Shown one piece after another: positions 1 to 12,238 of a stretch of DNA of 64,000 bases. The stretch's first letter is position 1, and the number at the start of each line of letters is the position of its first letter. The notes beneath the pieces are model-generated. The model ran no database searches, was not told where the DNA came from, and worked only from the letters and a program-made list of their open reading frames with translations. The DNA is from Orbicella franksi (taxonomy: Eukaryota). The translations under genes were made by a program, and so were the position numbers. The stretch covers positions 5,642,001 to 5,706,000 of the forward strand of contig OZ116707.1 in assembly GCA_964199315.1 (NCBI GenBank). The letters run 5' to 3'.

Positions 1-485
1 TTGCCTATACAGTCTGGGTAGCAAAGATGATAGAAAACCTAAATATACAGCCATCTACTGAGTATCCCTTTGAAATATGTGAGTTCAAACATGGTTGGCA
101 GAAAGTGTGATAAATTCATGTCACCACTGTTATTTTCTTACTTATCAACATAAACACCATGGTTGTCATAAACATTATTCTGCATGTGTTTCCTTACAAA
201 AGAAAAAAAAGCAAGAAACAGAAATGGCCAGGTTTCGATTCAATCGAATGTCCCGGAGAATTCAAAGTTTCTATTAATAATGAAACTAAGAATTTGACTT
301 AATGTTCTCTTTTATGCATTAGAGGATAGAATCTTCAAAAACTGCGTGGAGTTTTGTTGTAAACACAATAGCGATTGGGGTTCATGGGATTACATGTACT
401 GGACAGTGTTGGTCATCACTTTTATTAGAAGTGATGCCTCCTAAAGGAGTTGTTTTTGTCAGTGTCTGAAGAGTGCAGCCGGGAA

Positions 486-1044
486 CTAGTTTCTGGAAGG
501 TTTTCCCTGCTGCTCAACAACTATCGGCAAGACTTTGTGCAAGTGCCCGATATACTTCGTACACTTTTCTGCATCCATTCTCTTGTTCCAAAATCTTTCT
601 ATCCCATTCATTAGCTCTTCCGTTGTTCTCGGTTTTATGATGTTTCTAAGGAAATGCTTTTGCTCGTGCCAAAGCATATTGATGGGGTTAAGATCTGGTG
701 ACTCAGAAGGGGTTTTCCACCAGTTGATCCTGTAGTCTTCCATGAAGTTGCTGGCAAGACGGCTGGTATACTTCAGGTTATTGTTTTGTTGGAATTGATG
801 ACCATCAGGGAAGGTTCTGCGGATAAATGGTAGCAGCCCATTGCTGAGGAGATCAGAGACAAAACTGCACGTCCATGTTGCCTTCAAACTCCATGAATTC
901 TGTTGGCCCCCTCTTTGATATGCCTGCCCAAACATGGACTTTCACTGGGTGTTTAGGTTTCCCTTTTGACTTCGGCTGTTCCCACTTGCGATGGAAACTC
1001 AGCTTGCTGTGGACATAAATTCTGTCATCGCATGCTCGCGACAT
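486..1044 (-). pseudogene. Tc1/mariner-like (DDE_3) transposase remnant, frameshifted
   Basis: Overlapping ORFs 853-1044 (KPKHPVKVHVWAGISKRG) and 486-935 (QQNNNLKYTSR, a degenerate QQDNDPKHTS; WWKTPSESPDLNPINMLW, the Tc1 SPDLNPIE motif). Confidence 0.8.
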
Positions 1045-2159
1045 GTGCGACCCTTATGTCGCGATCACATCAGACATAACTATGTCTGCCACGCCTTAAG
1101 ATCAAAGAGACCGATATTCTGTCATGAAGCAGGTCACATCTTGCCTAATGGCCTTAAAAAATTTTTTATTTTTCTTTTGTTACAATATCAGTAAAATCTG
1201 AAATTCTGCAATTAAATTAGATATCACAACACAAGCACACAGCATGTGTACAGAGCTCTTGCTTCAACATTTTCCCAATTGTCACAATCAATTGTAATTC
1301 TTCAGTATGGCTAACTACTTTAATCCATATGAATTTCAAGGCTTTCAGTTTTCGTAGCATATTGGAAATGACTTGCAGCCGATTTGTTTTCAGCAGCAAA
1401 ACGCACAGTCACAAGCAGCTTTGTCGTTACCTCCCAGTCTAGACAAAAGAAGCATCCTCGGGAGAGAAAATGTCTTAAAAGAAAAAGTGTAGCCAAAGCA
1501 AGTGATGAGAAAGTCCTTTTCAGCTTTGGGCCGACATTATACTGATTATGGTCAGAATGATACCATATATCTTTTATGTCGCAAACGTGTGACCCCTCTT
1601 AGGGTAAATGCCCTGACAAACTTGTGTGACAAAAACAAAAAAGTCCGCAGTGCAACCCATGTCTTACGTTTAAGCATCAATATTGTACCTTGAGTCTTCA
1701 TTACAGTGCATGCTGGCTTGACAAAATGAACTGGTCAAAGGGAGCAAAGACACTGGGTAGGAGGATGGTTCAAGCATCCGTTTGTTTATTTTCCAATTTT
1801 CCAGACAGAATCTTGGAAATGGCAGTTAAATGTCATCACTTCTGCATTCATTGTTGTAAACTGCAACAACTAATTGGGACAACTGTGACGAATTCCACAA
1901 TTTCATTTTATTCTGGGCTATTACCAGGTAGTTGATGGTGTGGTAATAAAAGCTCTCTCTTGTTTTGCTCAACTGACACAATTATCACAAGAATTACAAC
2001 AAGGAGGTGAACAGATAAATAGACTACTGTAATTTTTTTGCACTGCTGCAATCCCGACTGCGATGTGCGATCGGCCAAGACCACTGTTGAAACCCAATGG
2101 CACGATTTAACAATCACTTCTTTATTGCTTTTACGTTCATGGTACGTAGTGGAAAACTA

Positions 2160-2730
2160 AGAGCTGGTAAAACGAAGTTAGATACAGAAAATAAATACAG
2201 CTACAGTTGTCATAAAGAGCAATACAATTGTATTTTGTTTCATTTAAACCCTTACCTCTTCACCATGACTAGACATCTGCTCCTCCTCATTAACCTAGAA
2301 AAAACAAACGAGATGTAGATAAGAGATGGTAAAATGAAGTTAAGTAAGAAAATAAATAAAGATACAGTTGCAGTAAAGAGCAATTCAGTTGTCGTTTATT
2401 GTATTTTGACCCTTACCTCCTTACCATGACTGGACATCTGCTCCTGCTCATTAACCTAGCAAAAACGAACATGGTGTAGATAAGGGCTGGTACAACAAAG
2501 TTAGATACATAAAAAAAAGATACAGTCACAGTTGTGGTAAAGAGCAATTCAATTGTCGTTTGTTGCATTCAAACCCTACCTCCTCACCATGGCTAGACAT
2601 CTGCTCCTGATCGTTAGCCTAGGAAAAGCGAACGTGGTGTAGATACGAGATAGCAAAACAAAGTTAGATACTGAAACTAAATACAGTTTAAACCCCTACC
2701 TCCTCACCATGGTTAGACAACTGTTCTTGC
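2160..2730. repeat. Diverged tandem repeat, ~160-bp unit, about 3.5 copies
   Basis: Core caccatg..agacatctgctcct recurs near 2272, 2433, 2595 and 2715. Confidence 0.75.
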
Positions 2731-3194
2731 TGCCAAGCAATCCTGTAAGAAATTCCAAGCAATCTTGTGAACAAACAAACAAAAAAAATCAACAAAACTG
2801 TTCTCATGAAAAGCAAACGTAACTGAAGAATATCTCGCACGCAATATTGTTACATTGGCTAGGGATAAATTCTTTACTCACATCATACTATAGTTGCTGT
2901 CAGCTATGTCTCGTGCGGTTGCGTTGACGTGCACAAAAAACTTAATATTTCACCTTGAAGAACTTGTTTATTTTCTACAGAATCAGGTCATTCTTTGCCA
3001 CTTGAATATGCCATTGTAGTTGTGAAATCTGTTTTCAAGGTACTTTTCTAGCTTGACTATTAAAATTTCAGTTTTTCTATCTACATGGTTCACTGTTTTG
3101 TGTTGTCAGTTTAAAATCCTTTCACCATATAATTTTGACCAAAATGAAGTCTACAGGATGGGTAGGTGCCTCGCATGCTTCTCAGTGTCCCGTT

Positions 3195-3310
3195 TGTAAT
3201 GTTATGGCAAAGATCAGAAAGATAACTTTTTATCCCAGCTAACGAGTACAAGCACACGTGTATATTCTGTCTCGTCCTACTGCGCATGCTCAAAACCTGA
3301 TATGTTTACA
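3195..3310 (-). repeat. 3' LTR of Gypsy element (116 bp)
   Basis: Copy of 7716-7831; preceded on the minus strand by purine tract AGGGTGGAGA (3311-3320). Confidence 0.95.
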
Positions 3311-3453
3311 TCTCCACCCTAAAAACTTTGCCGGGTGAAAGAAACAAACTTGGTCTCTAAATTGGAACCTAAATAACACAAGTATTGTTCAAATTGAATC
3401 CAACGCAACAAAATTCTCAGACGGCTAAGCCGAGTTGTTCTGATTAACAGAGT

Positions 3454-6400
3454 TTAAAGGTCCAGCCTTAATGGCTTCTTTACAACACGACCACTTCTGG
3501 TTGTCAGATGTTGGTCGGCACTTCCCTCACCAACTGTAGCTGGTTTCTGGGGTGTCTGGGGTAATCCTGGTGACGGGACTTGGTGAGATGTAAATGTAGG
3601 TGCACTGGGCTGTGGTGGATTGTCTTGGCTAGAGAGCAGTTGACCTTCAAGGCTTGGTGCTACTTGGCCTGACGGTTTTAACTGTATTCTGTTGCACCTT
3701 AGTTCAGAACCACTGTTTGTCTCTACAATGTAGGATCTTGGCTGGTTCATTTGCTCTTTCAGTGTTGCCGGAGTCCAGGTCTTGGTTTTTGGTTGAAACA
3801 CCAATACTGGTTGGCCTGGTACTAGCTTTTGTAGCTCACGTGTGGACTTGCCATCATGCTGCTGTTTCTGAACATCTTGGCGGTGCTGCAGCTGATCTTG
3901 GTGGCATTCTTTTGCTTGTGACCGTTGGAGTCGTCCACTGCTGGGTAGTTGTGTGCGATATTCTCTATTGTTCAGTAACTTGGCTGGTGATGGTAAGTTG
4001 CTATCGACAGGCGTGGCCCGGTATGACAAGAGCGCAAGATACGGGTCCTGTCCTGCAGCCTCGGACTTCCTTAGAAGGTTCTTTACGGTTTGTACCATCC
4101 TTTCTATGAATCCATTGCTCTTTGGATACACTGGTGAGCTAGTAATGTGATTGATACCCCATTGGTCACAGAATGCTGCAAATTCCTTGCTGCTGTATTG
4201 AGGGCCGTTGTCAGATACCAGGGATTCTGGTATACCATGTTCTGCAAAGATTGATTTGAGGTGGTTGATTATCGCAGCAGATGTCGTTGAGCTCAACTTT
4301 CTAACGATGGGGTATTTGCTGTAATAGTCTGCGACTAGTAAGTATTGAGCACCTCCATAGTCGAACAGATCGCATCCAAGCCTCTGCCATGGATAACTGG
4401 GTACATTGTGTGGATGCAATGTTTCTTTTGGTTGCTGTTTGGAAAACTGTGCGCATGTCGGACAGTTCTCTGTCATCTGTTTGATGTCCCTTGATATGCC
4501 TGGCCAAAACAGGCTGTCCCTTGCTCTCAGGAGACACTTCTCTGTTCCCATATGTCCTTGGTGTATGATTTGTAACATCTGTGGGCGTAGCTTACTGGGA
4601 ATTACGAGTTTGTGTCCCTTGAGAATGAGGCCATTTTCAACACTCAGGTCCTCTCTGAAGTTCCAGAACTCTTTCAGGTCTTGTGGGCACTCATTTGGAT
4701 ATTCTGGCCATCCATGATGCACGACATCTTTTAAGTGACTGAGTACAACGTCTTGATCAGTGTACTCTCGTACTTCATCTAGTTTGGCAGGGCTGGTTGG
4801 CAGTGTTCGAGAGATTGTGTCCACTTCCACCACGGGGACTTCGTTGTCTTCTGCAGGGGGCTCCATGTGGCTAATCCTGGAAAGGGCGTCTGCTATCACG
4901 TTGCTTTTTCCTTGAATGTACCTGATCTCCACGTTGTATTTGGCCATTTTAAGTAGGAGCCTCTGAAGGCGTGGTGGTGCGCTCGATATGCTCTTCTTCC
5001 AGACGCTTTCGAGCGGCTTGTGGTCAGTTTCGATGACCACCTCCTTACCAAATACGTAATGGTTAAGCTTTTCAAGCGACCAACAGGCAGCAAGTAACTC
5101 TCGCTCTATGTTGCTGTATCGAGACTCAGTTTCAGTTAGTGATCGACTGGCATAGCACATTGGTTTGCCCTCTTGCGTCAACACACATCCAATGCCTTTA
5201 AGGCTTGCATCAGACTGGATTAGGTTCTCCTTTTCTGGGTCGTAATAGGCTAGGACTGGTACTTCAGTGATTGCTTGTTTGAGGTTCTGGAATGTCCTTT
5301 GGTGTTCTGGTTGCCACACGAATGGTACATCTTTTTTCATCAGCTGTCGCACAGGTTCTGACACTTGGGCTAGAATGGGTGAGAACCTGTTCAGGTAGTT
5401 AATCATGCCCAAAAAGCACTGCAGCTCTGTAAGGTTATTCGGGGATGGCATATCACGGATTGCTTTGATTTTGGTTTTGCCAGGGCGGATCCCGTCGGGG
5501 GTCCATGTGAGCCCGAAGAAGGATGCTTCCTTCACTTTAAACTGGAATTTGTCCGGGTTAAATCTCACATTGTTCTCTCTTGCTGTGTCAAGGACAGTTA
5601 GTATGTGCTGATCATGTTGTGCTTCGCCCGTGCCATAGACAAATGTGTCATCTGCAATACCGCTGAGCCCTTCAAGTCTGCCAAAGACCATATCCATTTT
5701 TCTTGAAACACATCTCCACTGCACGTAAGGCCAAATGGAAGTCTTGTCCATCTATGCTTTCCCCATGGGGTGTTAAAGGTGCACAGCCTACTGCTTTCCT
5801 TGTCAAGACTAACTTGCCAAAATCCACTGCGTGCATCAAGGATACTGAAGTGGGTGGAGCCGCTGACTTTCGGTATCACATCATCTATGGTTCTCACATA
5901 GTAGGGGTTGCGCTTGATTGCTTTATTGAGATTCCGAGGGTCCAAGCACAGACGGATCGACCCGTTGGGTTTGATGGTGACCACAGCAGAGTTAACCCAA
6001 GTGGTATATTCATCTTGGACCTCAACCAGAATTCCAGATTCTTTTAACTGGTCTAGCTCTTCTATGTAGGCTTTCTGTAGTTGTACTGGAACCTGTCTTG
6101 GAGCATGCTGTACTGGGGGAATGTCAGGGTTAGTTTCAATGTGGTACAGGGGTCCTGGAAAGCAGCCAATTCCTGTAAAGACATCCTGATATTCTTCCAA
6201 CAAATAGTCCTTTGTCAGTGGGAAGGGGTGTTGTTTGCCTCTGATGTCAAATAGTTTGACAGTATTTGCATTGGGCATGGGGTTTTCACTTTGTACAACA
6301 TTCTGGGTGGTTGCATTTGTGCTGGCTGTGACTGGCCAGTTGAGCTTTAGGAGGTTCAGATCTTGTGCAGACATGTTACCAATTATGGCAGGGCCATCAA

Positions 6401-7595
6401 CGTCAACAACTTCTGCTTGGATAACTCTGGGGTTGGAATTGTTAGGACCCTTCACGTATATTTGGCAAGATCCAAGATTTGGGATCTCGGCTCCACCATA
6501 AGCAGTTAACTTCACTGTAGGTTGTTGTAAGCTTAGTGTCTCAGGGCTTAGTTGCTTGTATAGGGACTTGGGTATAATGTTTGTTTCAGCACCTGAGTCT
6601 ATCTTACAGAGTGCATTCATTTGTTTTCCTTCTGGCTTCAGTGCCAAGGAGACTTCTAGCAGAGCCTTTTCTCTACAGGATACAACGTTTACACTCATGG
6701 CCAGGGGTGTTGCTTCAATTGGGCCCAGGAACACATAATTATCTAATGATTGGGTAGGCTCTGACTCAGGTATGGCATTGTTATTACTAGTAGCTTCTAT
6801 CTCATGCACATCCTTCTTTTTAAGTTTTGAAAAGCATACCTTGGCAAGGTGTCCCACCTTTTGGCAGTAATGACACGTTGCATTTCTTGCTGGGCACTGT
6901 TCATGAGAGTGAGGGCCCCAACCACAATTCCTGCAGAGCTGCGTTTTTCCTGACTTGTTGCCTTTTGGGTTTTGCCTTGATCCACCGGCTACTGGGTTCA
7001 GCTGGTCACTTCGGAATTGGTTTCTCCTGGTTGAACTAACAGGGTGTACTGCTGACACTACTGGGTTCATTAGCTGAAGCTGCTTGTCTGCTGATTCGTC
7101 TGCTTTTGCCATTTCTCTAGCTTTACTAAATGTCAGAGCATTTCCTTCTTTGAAACACTCCTTTCTGACATGGTCTGAATTCATGCCGAGTACAAGGAAG
7201 TCTCTCAAGAATCGATCATGATGTTCCGATGGATAGTTGGCTTCTTTGACAAGGATTCTAAGCTTTGCAATAAATTCTTCTAACGATAGTGTACCTTGTC
7301 GAAGATTGTGTAGCTCCCAGGCGGTGATCAGCTCGTTTGAGTGAGGTTTCACGTAGTTTTCCAGTTTCTTTTGTTCGTCTGCCGAGAGGCCCCAGCTGTT
7401 GAACAGCTCCAAGCCGTGCTCACCGGCCCAGTAAAGCAGGTGCTTACACTGAATTTCTTCGTCAATTTTGGCCATCGGGCCCGTAAAGAGCAGTTCACAG
7501 CGTTGTTTCCACATTTTGAAGCGCGAGTATAGGTTTTCATCTGTGCTCCAGTCCATGGTTGGACCCTTGTCAATGAATGAGGCGCTGGCCGCCAT
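3454..7595 (-). pseudogene. Gypsy gag-pol polyprotein, split by one frameshift near 5700
   Basis: 5598-7595: zinc knuckle CHYCQKVGHLAKVC, protease KIDSGAE, RT N-half. 3454-5751: RT GIADD, RNase H SDAS, integrase HQGH...C..C, SDNGPQY, SNGFIERMVQTVK. Confidence 0.93.
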
Positions 7596-7697
7596 GTTGT
7601 TTTCTTGAATCGATCGTACACGTGTCGTTCGGAAATTACTTCACTCTTCCACCTTCTCCAGTGTATCGAGCTAAATGGTATGTTTGGTTACTTCTCG

Positions 7698-7715
7698 ATC
7701 CCACTTCTGACATCA
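7698..7715 (-). other. Primer-binding site, complementary to a tRNA-Leu(CAA)-type 3' end
   Basis: Minus strand TGATGTCAGAAGTGGGAT directly follows the 5' LTR; one mismatch to the complement of ...ATCCCACTTCTGACACCA (tRNA 3' end recalled from memory). Confidence 0.75.
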
Positions 7716-7831
7716 TGTAATGTTATGGCAAAGATTGGAAAGATAACTTTTTATCCCAGCTAATGAGTACAAGCACACGTGTATATTCTGTCTCGTCCTA
7801 CTGCGCATGCTCAAAACCTGATATGTTTACA
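7716..7831 (-). repeat. 5' LTR of Gypsy element (116 bp)
   Basis: 113/116 identical to 3195-3310. Confidence 0.95.
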
Positions 7832-8995
7832 CCGTTTGCACCCTCTCCTTTTGGGCTTTATTTATTTCATTTATATTCTTATCTGTATCTATAGTTATAG
7901 TCTTTGTCCAATAAAGTTTATGTAAAAAGCCTCTAAAAATAGGTCGTTAGGTAATCGTTAAATGAGTCACCAGTCTCACAAAATATGCACGTCCAATATG
8001 GCAAATTTGGTAGAAATGCAAGGTCCATTTTTGAGACCCCGCGGGCCCAACGTGTTTGGTCATTACCATTTCTCTTAACCTAGAAAGAGTATCAGTATTC
8101 TATTATTCTGAATGTCCAGAGACTTATCGTGCATGTTGGTACGCCCTTTTTTTCTTCTTTTTATTTTTTGAGGAACTTTTGGGAAAAAATCCCGAACATT
8201 TCTGATTTGAAAAATCAGATCATGTTCATTCTCTTTTCTATCCTCAAAACATTTCACTACAGCTCCTGTGCCATGAAACCCAACGATCTGAAATGAAAAA
8301 GGCACCCATGAAGTGAATATAGCAAAACAAACAAATAAATATAATCATAATAATAACTTAAAAATAATAAGAACAATAATAACACCATGATGACTTTGGG
8401 ATCCATCGTTTCCAGAGGGACATTTCTAGTGATTGTGTGCTTATAACTCCGAACTAGGATAAAAATTAAAAACCACCAGGTGCATCTAGGATATCTTATT
8501 ACATCAATCAGTCTTTAACCATATGTAACTATTAACACAAAGAAGCGAAAGTAATCCTGAATGGTGTAACACTTAAAAAGCTGTGGATTTAGTCGGCTAA
8601 AAATAAGACACACTAATGACTTGCTAATGTGTGGAGCAAGTTCAATATGTGTATAACATCCTATAACTTCCATTCACTAACATAGGCATGGCTCATGTTT
8701 CCACCACATTTTGCATTCTCCATGAATGCTTCCACCACGGAATGGTTTCTTTTTTCCATTGACATACATGCATACATAAACTTTTTTTAAACTCAAATTT
8801 GAAAGCTCTGTACAAACCTAAAAAAATTAAACACCATTAAACTCCCTCACAATTGCTTTACCCCTCTGTAGAATGCACGCAAACAACTCACTAATTGAAA
8901 GGTCAGTGGTTTTACGACACCCTGTAAAGGTGCCTTGATGCTGAAATTCCATTTTTTCCAATCAAAGCCTGATGGTCTCTATTTCCAAACTAAAT

Positions 8996-10730
8996 GTGAC
9001 CGTGAACGGGAAAACGTACCTTAACGCTTATCCGTTAGACAGGCAAAAGCGTTAAGCATCCGTTAGTCATCCATTAGAAAGTTTTCTTAAGAACATTAGG
9101 GGCGTTAGCCCAACCATTAGAACGGAGAGTGCAACGGTTAGCAAGAGACATGTATCCGTTAGCCGTTAGCATCAGACCGTTAGACGGGACAGCATAGCCG
9201 TTAGCAAAAACTCTGTCTCCGTTAGCACGGCTAGAGAAGCCGTTAGGATCTGTTAGAATAAACTAGCACACGTTAAACGGGTAACGATTCCATTAGAATG
9301 GCATGACACGCGTTGAAGTAGCATGTGGTACGTAGCCTAACACAGTGTGAAATGAGAGCAGCTCTTGGCTTCCATTTAGTTCAGAACAATCATGAGATAG
9401 CTATCTTCCGACGAGAAGTTTGGCGTTTATTATATTTTGATGCCCTGATGATTGATAAATACAACTCAAATGAAGTTCAATAAAGCCTTCATACTATAGT
9501 TATTATACATGATCCAAAACAAAACACATTTGCCGCTTTCGAAAACAGAAACGACATGTGAAATCATAACAACGATCGGCATTATATGAACTGTTTTATT
9601 TATTCGGCAAAGTCCAGTTGTTTCGAGAGCTTGTAATTTGCCACTGTAAGTCGTGAACAAAAGAAAGTTAAAAACACCTTACAAATGTCATAAACGAACG
9701 AACCAAACATGGAGAAAAACTCAACCAAAATGACCATGCGATGAATAAAGATGTTCTGTGAGGTAAACACTGATCACGTGTCAAGAACTTGTGCTCGTGT
9801 GTCAATGTCACAAAGTGCGGGTTCAAAAATTTGCGTAAAGTTGTTTACATCTTCCAAGACGCGAGAAACGGCCATATTCCGGCGGAAAGTGTGATAAATA
9901 TTTTGATAGACTGTTGTCTGACTCTTAATCAGAAGAAACCAATTTAACTACATGTATGTGACAATAATCTTTTGCGAATCCACAGCTGGAGAAAGCAGTT
10001 ACTTTTAAAAAAACTCTACACAAAGTCATTGTGTAAAAATAAGTACAAGCGACAAATCCATTTGAGTAAAACGATAAAAAATGTTCACCCTGCTCGACTG
10101 GCGAGTTAAATTGTTTACACGCCGGTTTAGCGACGTTTCGCGTCCCACACGATAATAAAGGACTCGAATTCTGAGTTTGTCTGTCTCGATGAGGAAGTGA
10201 TAGTTTATATCACTGAGTTTTCCTTTCAATGCTCACCGTGGAAATAATTTTTTAAATGTTTGTCCCATCGACGACTGATGAAACAGGCACTTTGTGATTC
10301 GTTTTTTTTAGAAATCGTGAGTGTAAGACTGATAATGGATTGGCACGGTTATGTGTTTATAACATTGGACTGAAAGCTATGCTGTTTGTTCGTTAAAAGT
10401 CCTTAGATGTAAACCGTTAGACAACCGTTAAACGTCCTTAGATGTAGGCGGTTAGATAACCATTAAACGGCTTCAGTCATCCGTTAGAACAAATTGTGCA
10501 ACCGTTAGAACGTGTTCTTCATCCATTAGGTATACTTAGTTAACCGTTAGAATGTTAGGAGAGAGCGTTAGAACGCTTTGATCATCCGTTAGGCACAATT
10601 AGATAACCATTAGAACGTTAGGACAAAACGTTAGAATGTTGTGAAGGCCATTAACTATCCGTTAGCTATCCGTCCGTTAGCGACCGTTTAACGGATAAGC
10701 GTTAAGGTACGTTTTCCCGTTCACGGTCAC
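8996..10730. mobile_element. Non-autonomous DNA transposon with 42-bp TIRs and AAAT TSD (Sola1-like by TSD)
   Basis: GTGACCGTGAACGGGAAAACGTACCTTAACGCTTATCCGTTA at 8996-9037 is the perfect reverse complement of 10689-10730; AAAT at 8992-8995 and 10731-10734. Superfamily inferred only from the 4-bp AWWT TSD. Confidence 0.85.
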
Positions 10731-11904
10731 AAATCATTTTTCTAACTAACACACAGGAAATACAGTGTTCGGCAAAGCTGCATACTTATGTAATACAAAA
10801 AAATCTACAGCACAGCAGGACATTTTTGCCCTTCTAAAATTTCCCTGGTAAAGGTGGAATTTGATCTGCCATGTGTACTTTAATAATTATCTTGTCCCCA
10901 CAGTTATGCAGATGACACACCGATGGGTTGCTAATCTATCTAGCAAGTAAAATGTATGTACAACATTGTAAACTTTCACTTCGGGTTTGCGATAAGTTAG
11001 CTCCCACTTTTCCCCACCATCCCACAAGATATGACATTGTATAACTTCCACTCAATAACATTGGCTTTAATTTAACATAGCTCCAGTTTCCAGAGAATGT
11101 ACCCTTTTTGAAAATGTTAAATGATGTATTGAGTTCCTGTCAAAGACAATATATCAAACAACTGGTATACTAGTAGTTCAAGAGCTTCATACTACAGTCA
11201 CATGTCTCTCTCACATGAATAGAGTGTCTTAATGCTTTAGTCCCACTCTATGAGACACAAGCTTGAAAAACTGATAGGGTAAGCCTTGATGTTAAAATAC
11301 CATCTTTGCTAACAAAAGCCTGCACCAATCTTAAAGTATAAATAATTTTTCTAGGCTCTCTAAAATCAAAGAATTCTGCTCTCTGAACTTGTAAGTAATT
11401 TTACAGCAAAAGTCACCATCCCAACAACGTCTTCACACGAACACTTTTGTTCATCATAATAAACTCAAGGCACAGATATTTTCTACAATTCACCTAATGT
11501 AGTTTCCAAATAAACTAATTCAACTTGCTAATCTGCCTACTTATGTAGACAAAACAACTACAGTGCTGCAAGAATAATTTGTTGTGACACATGTACTTGG
11601 TGACGTGTGATCCGCCAAGGAACACCACTGAAATCCCAATGCCACAATTTAACAGTCGTTTCAACACAAAATGGGAAATAAAAGACAATAAAAGAATACC
11701 AACTCCATCACAAGATCGATTGTGTGCTTATAACTCTGACTTCCAATAAAAACTAAAACCACCACGTGCATCTAGGATAATCAGTTTTTAACTATTCACT
11801 AAGAAACAGAAGTAAGCGTGACTCAGGTAAAACTTCTCGCTAAAGGAGCTGCGTGGATCCTTGCTCTCTGACAAATTCTTCTTAGCGCACCGTGGTTGTA
11901 GATC

Positions 11905-12238
11905 TCGCTATTGTAGTTTTTTGCACTGTCGCAATCCCGACTGTGATGTGCGATGGGCCAAGAACCGCCGTTGAAACCCAATGTCACGATTTAACAATCA
12001 CTTGTTTATTGCATTTACTTTTAATGGCACGTAGTGGAAAACTAACAGCTGGTAAAACGAAGTTAGATACAGAAAATAAATACAGTTACAGTTGTCATAA
12101 AGAGGAGTACAATTGTATTTTGTTTCATTTGAACCCTTGCCTCTTCACCATGATTAGACATCTGCTCCTGCTCATTAACCTAGAAAAAACAAACGAGATG
12201 TAGATAAGAGATGGTAAAATGAAGTTAAGTAAGAAAAT
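11905..12238 (+). repeat. Dispersed copy of 2020-2350
   Basis: Long near-identical blocks; ORFs 2097-2318 and 11892-12203 share KTKLDTENKYSYSCHKE...LINLEKTNEM. Confidence 0.85.

Larger units (their letters stand above)
3195..7831 (-). mobile_element. Ty3/Gypsy LTR retrotransposon, full length
   Basis: TG...CA LTRs at 3195-3310 and 7716-7831; CCGTT target-site duplication at 3190-3194 and 7832-7836; PBS and PPT present; gag-pro-RT-RNaseH-integrase order. Confidence 0.97.

Noticed and set aside
3654-7621. Plus-strand and alternate-frame ORFs over the Gypsy element
   Set aside because: They are shadow ORFs of gag-pol with no recognisable motifs.
9020-10690. CRISPR-like array, or a heptad [AST]NG repeat protein on the minus strand
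   Set aside because: The repeats are only 6-7 bp, lie inside a TIR element in eukaryotic DNA and have no cas genes. The left arm reads open for ~7 heptads, but the right arm has repeated in-frame stops and 10-11 bp offsets break the frame.
10905-10919. YADDT reverse-transcriptase motif
   Set aside because: It is an isolated five-codon match followed by stops, with no flanking RT motifs.
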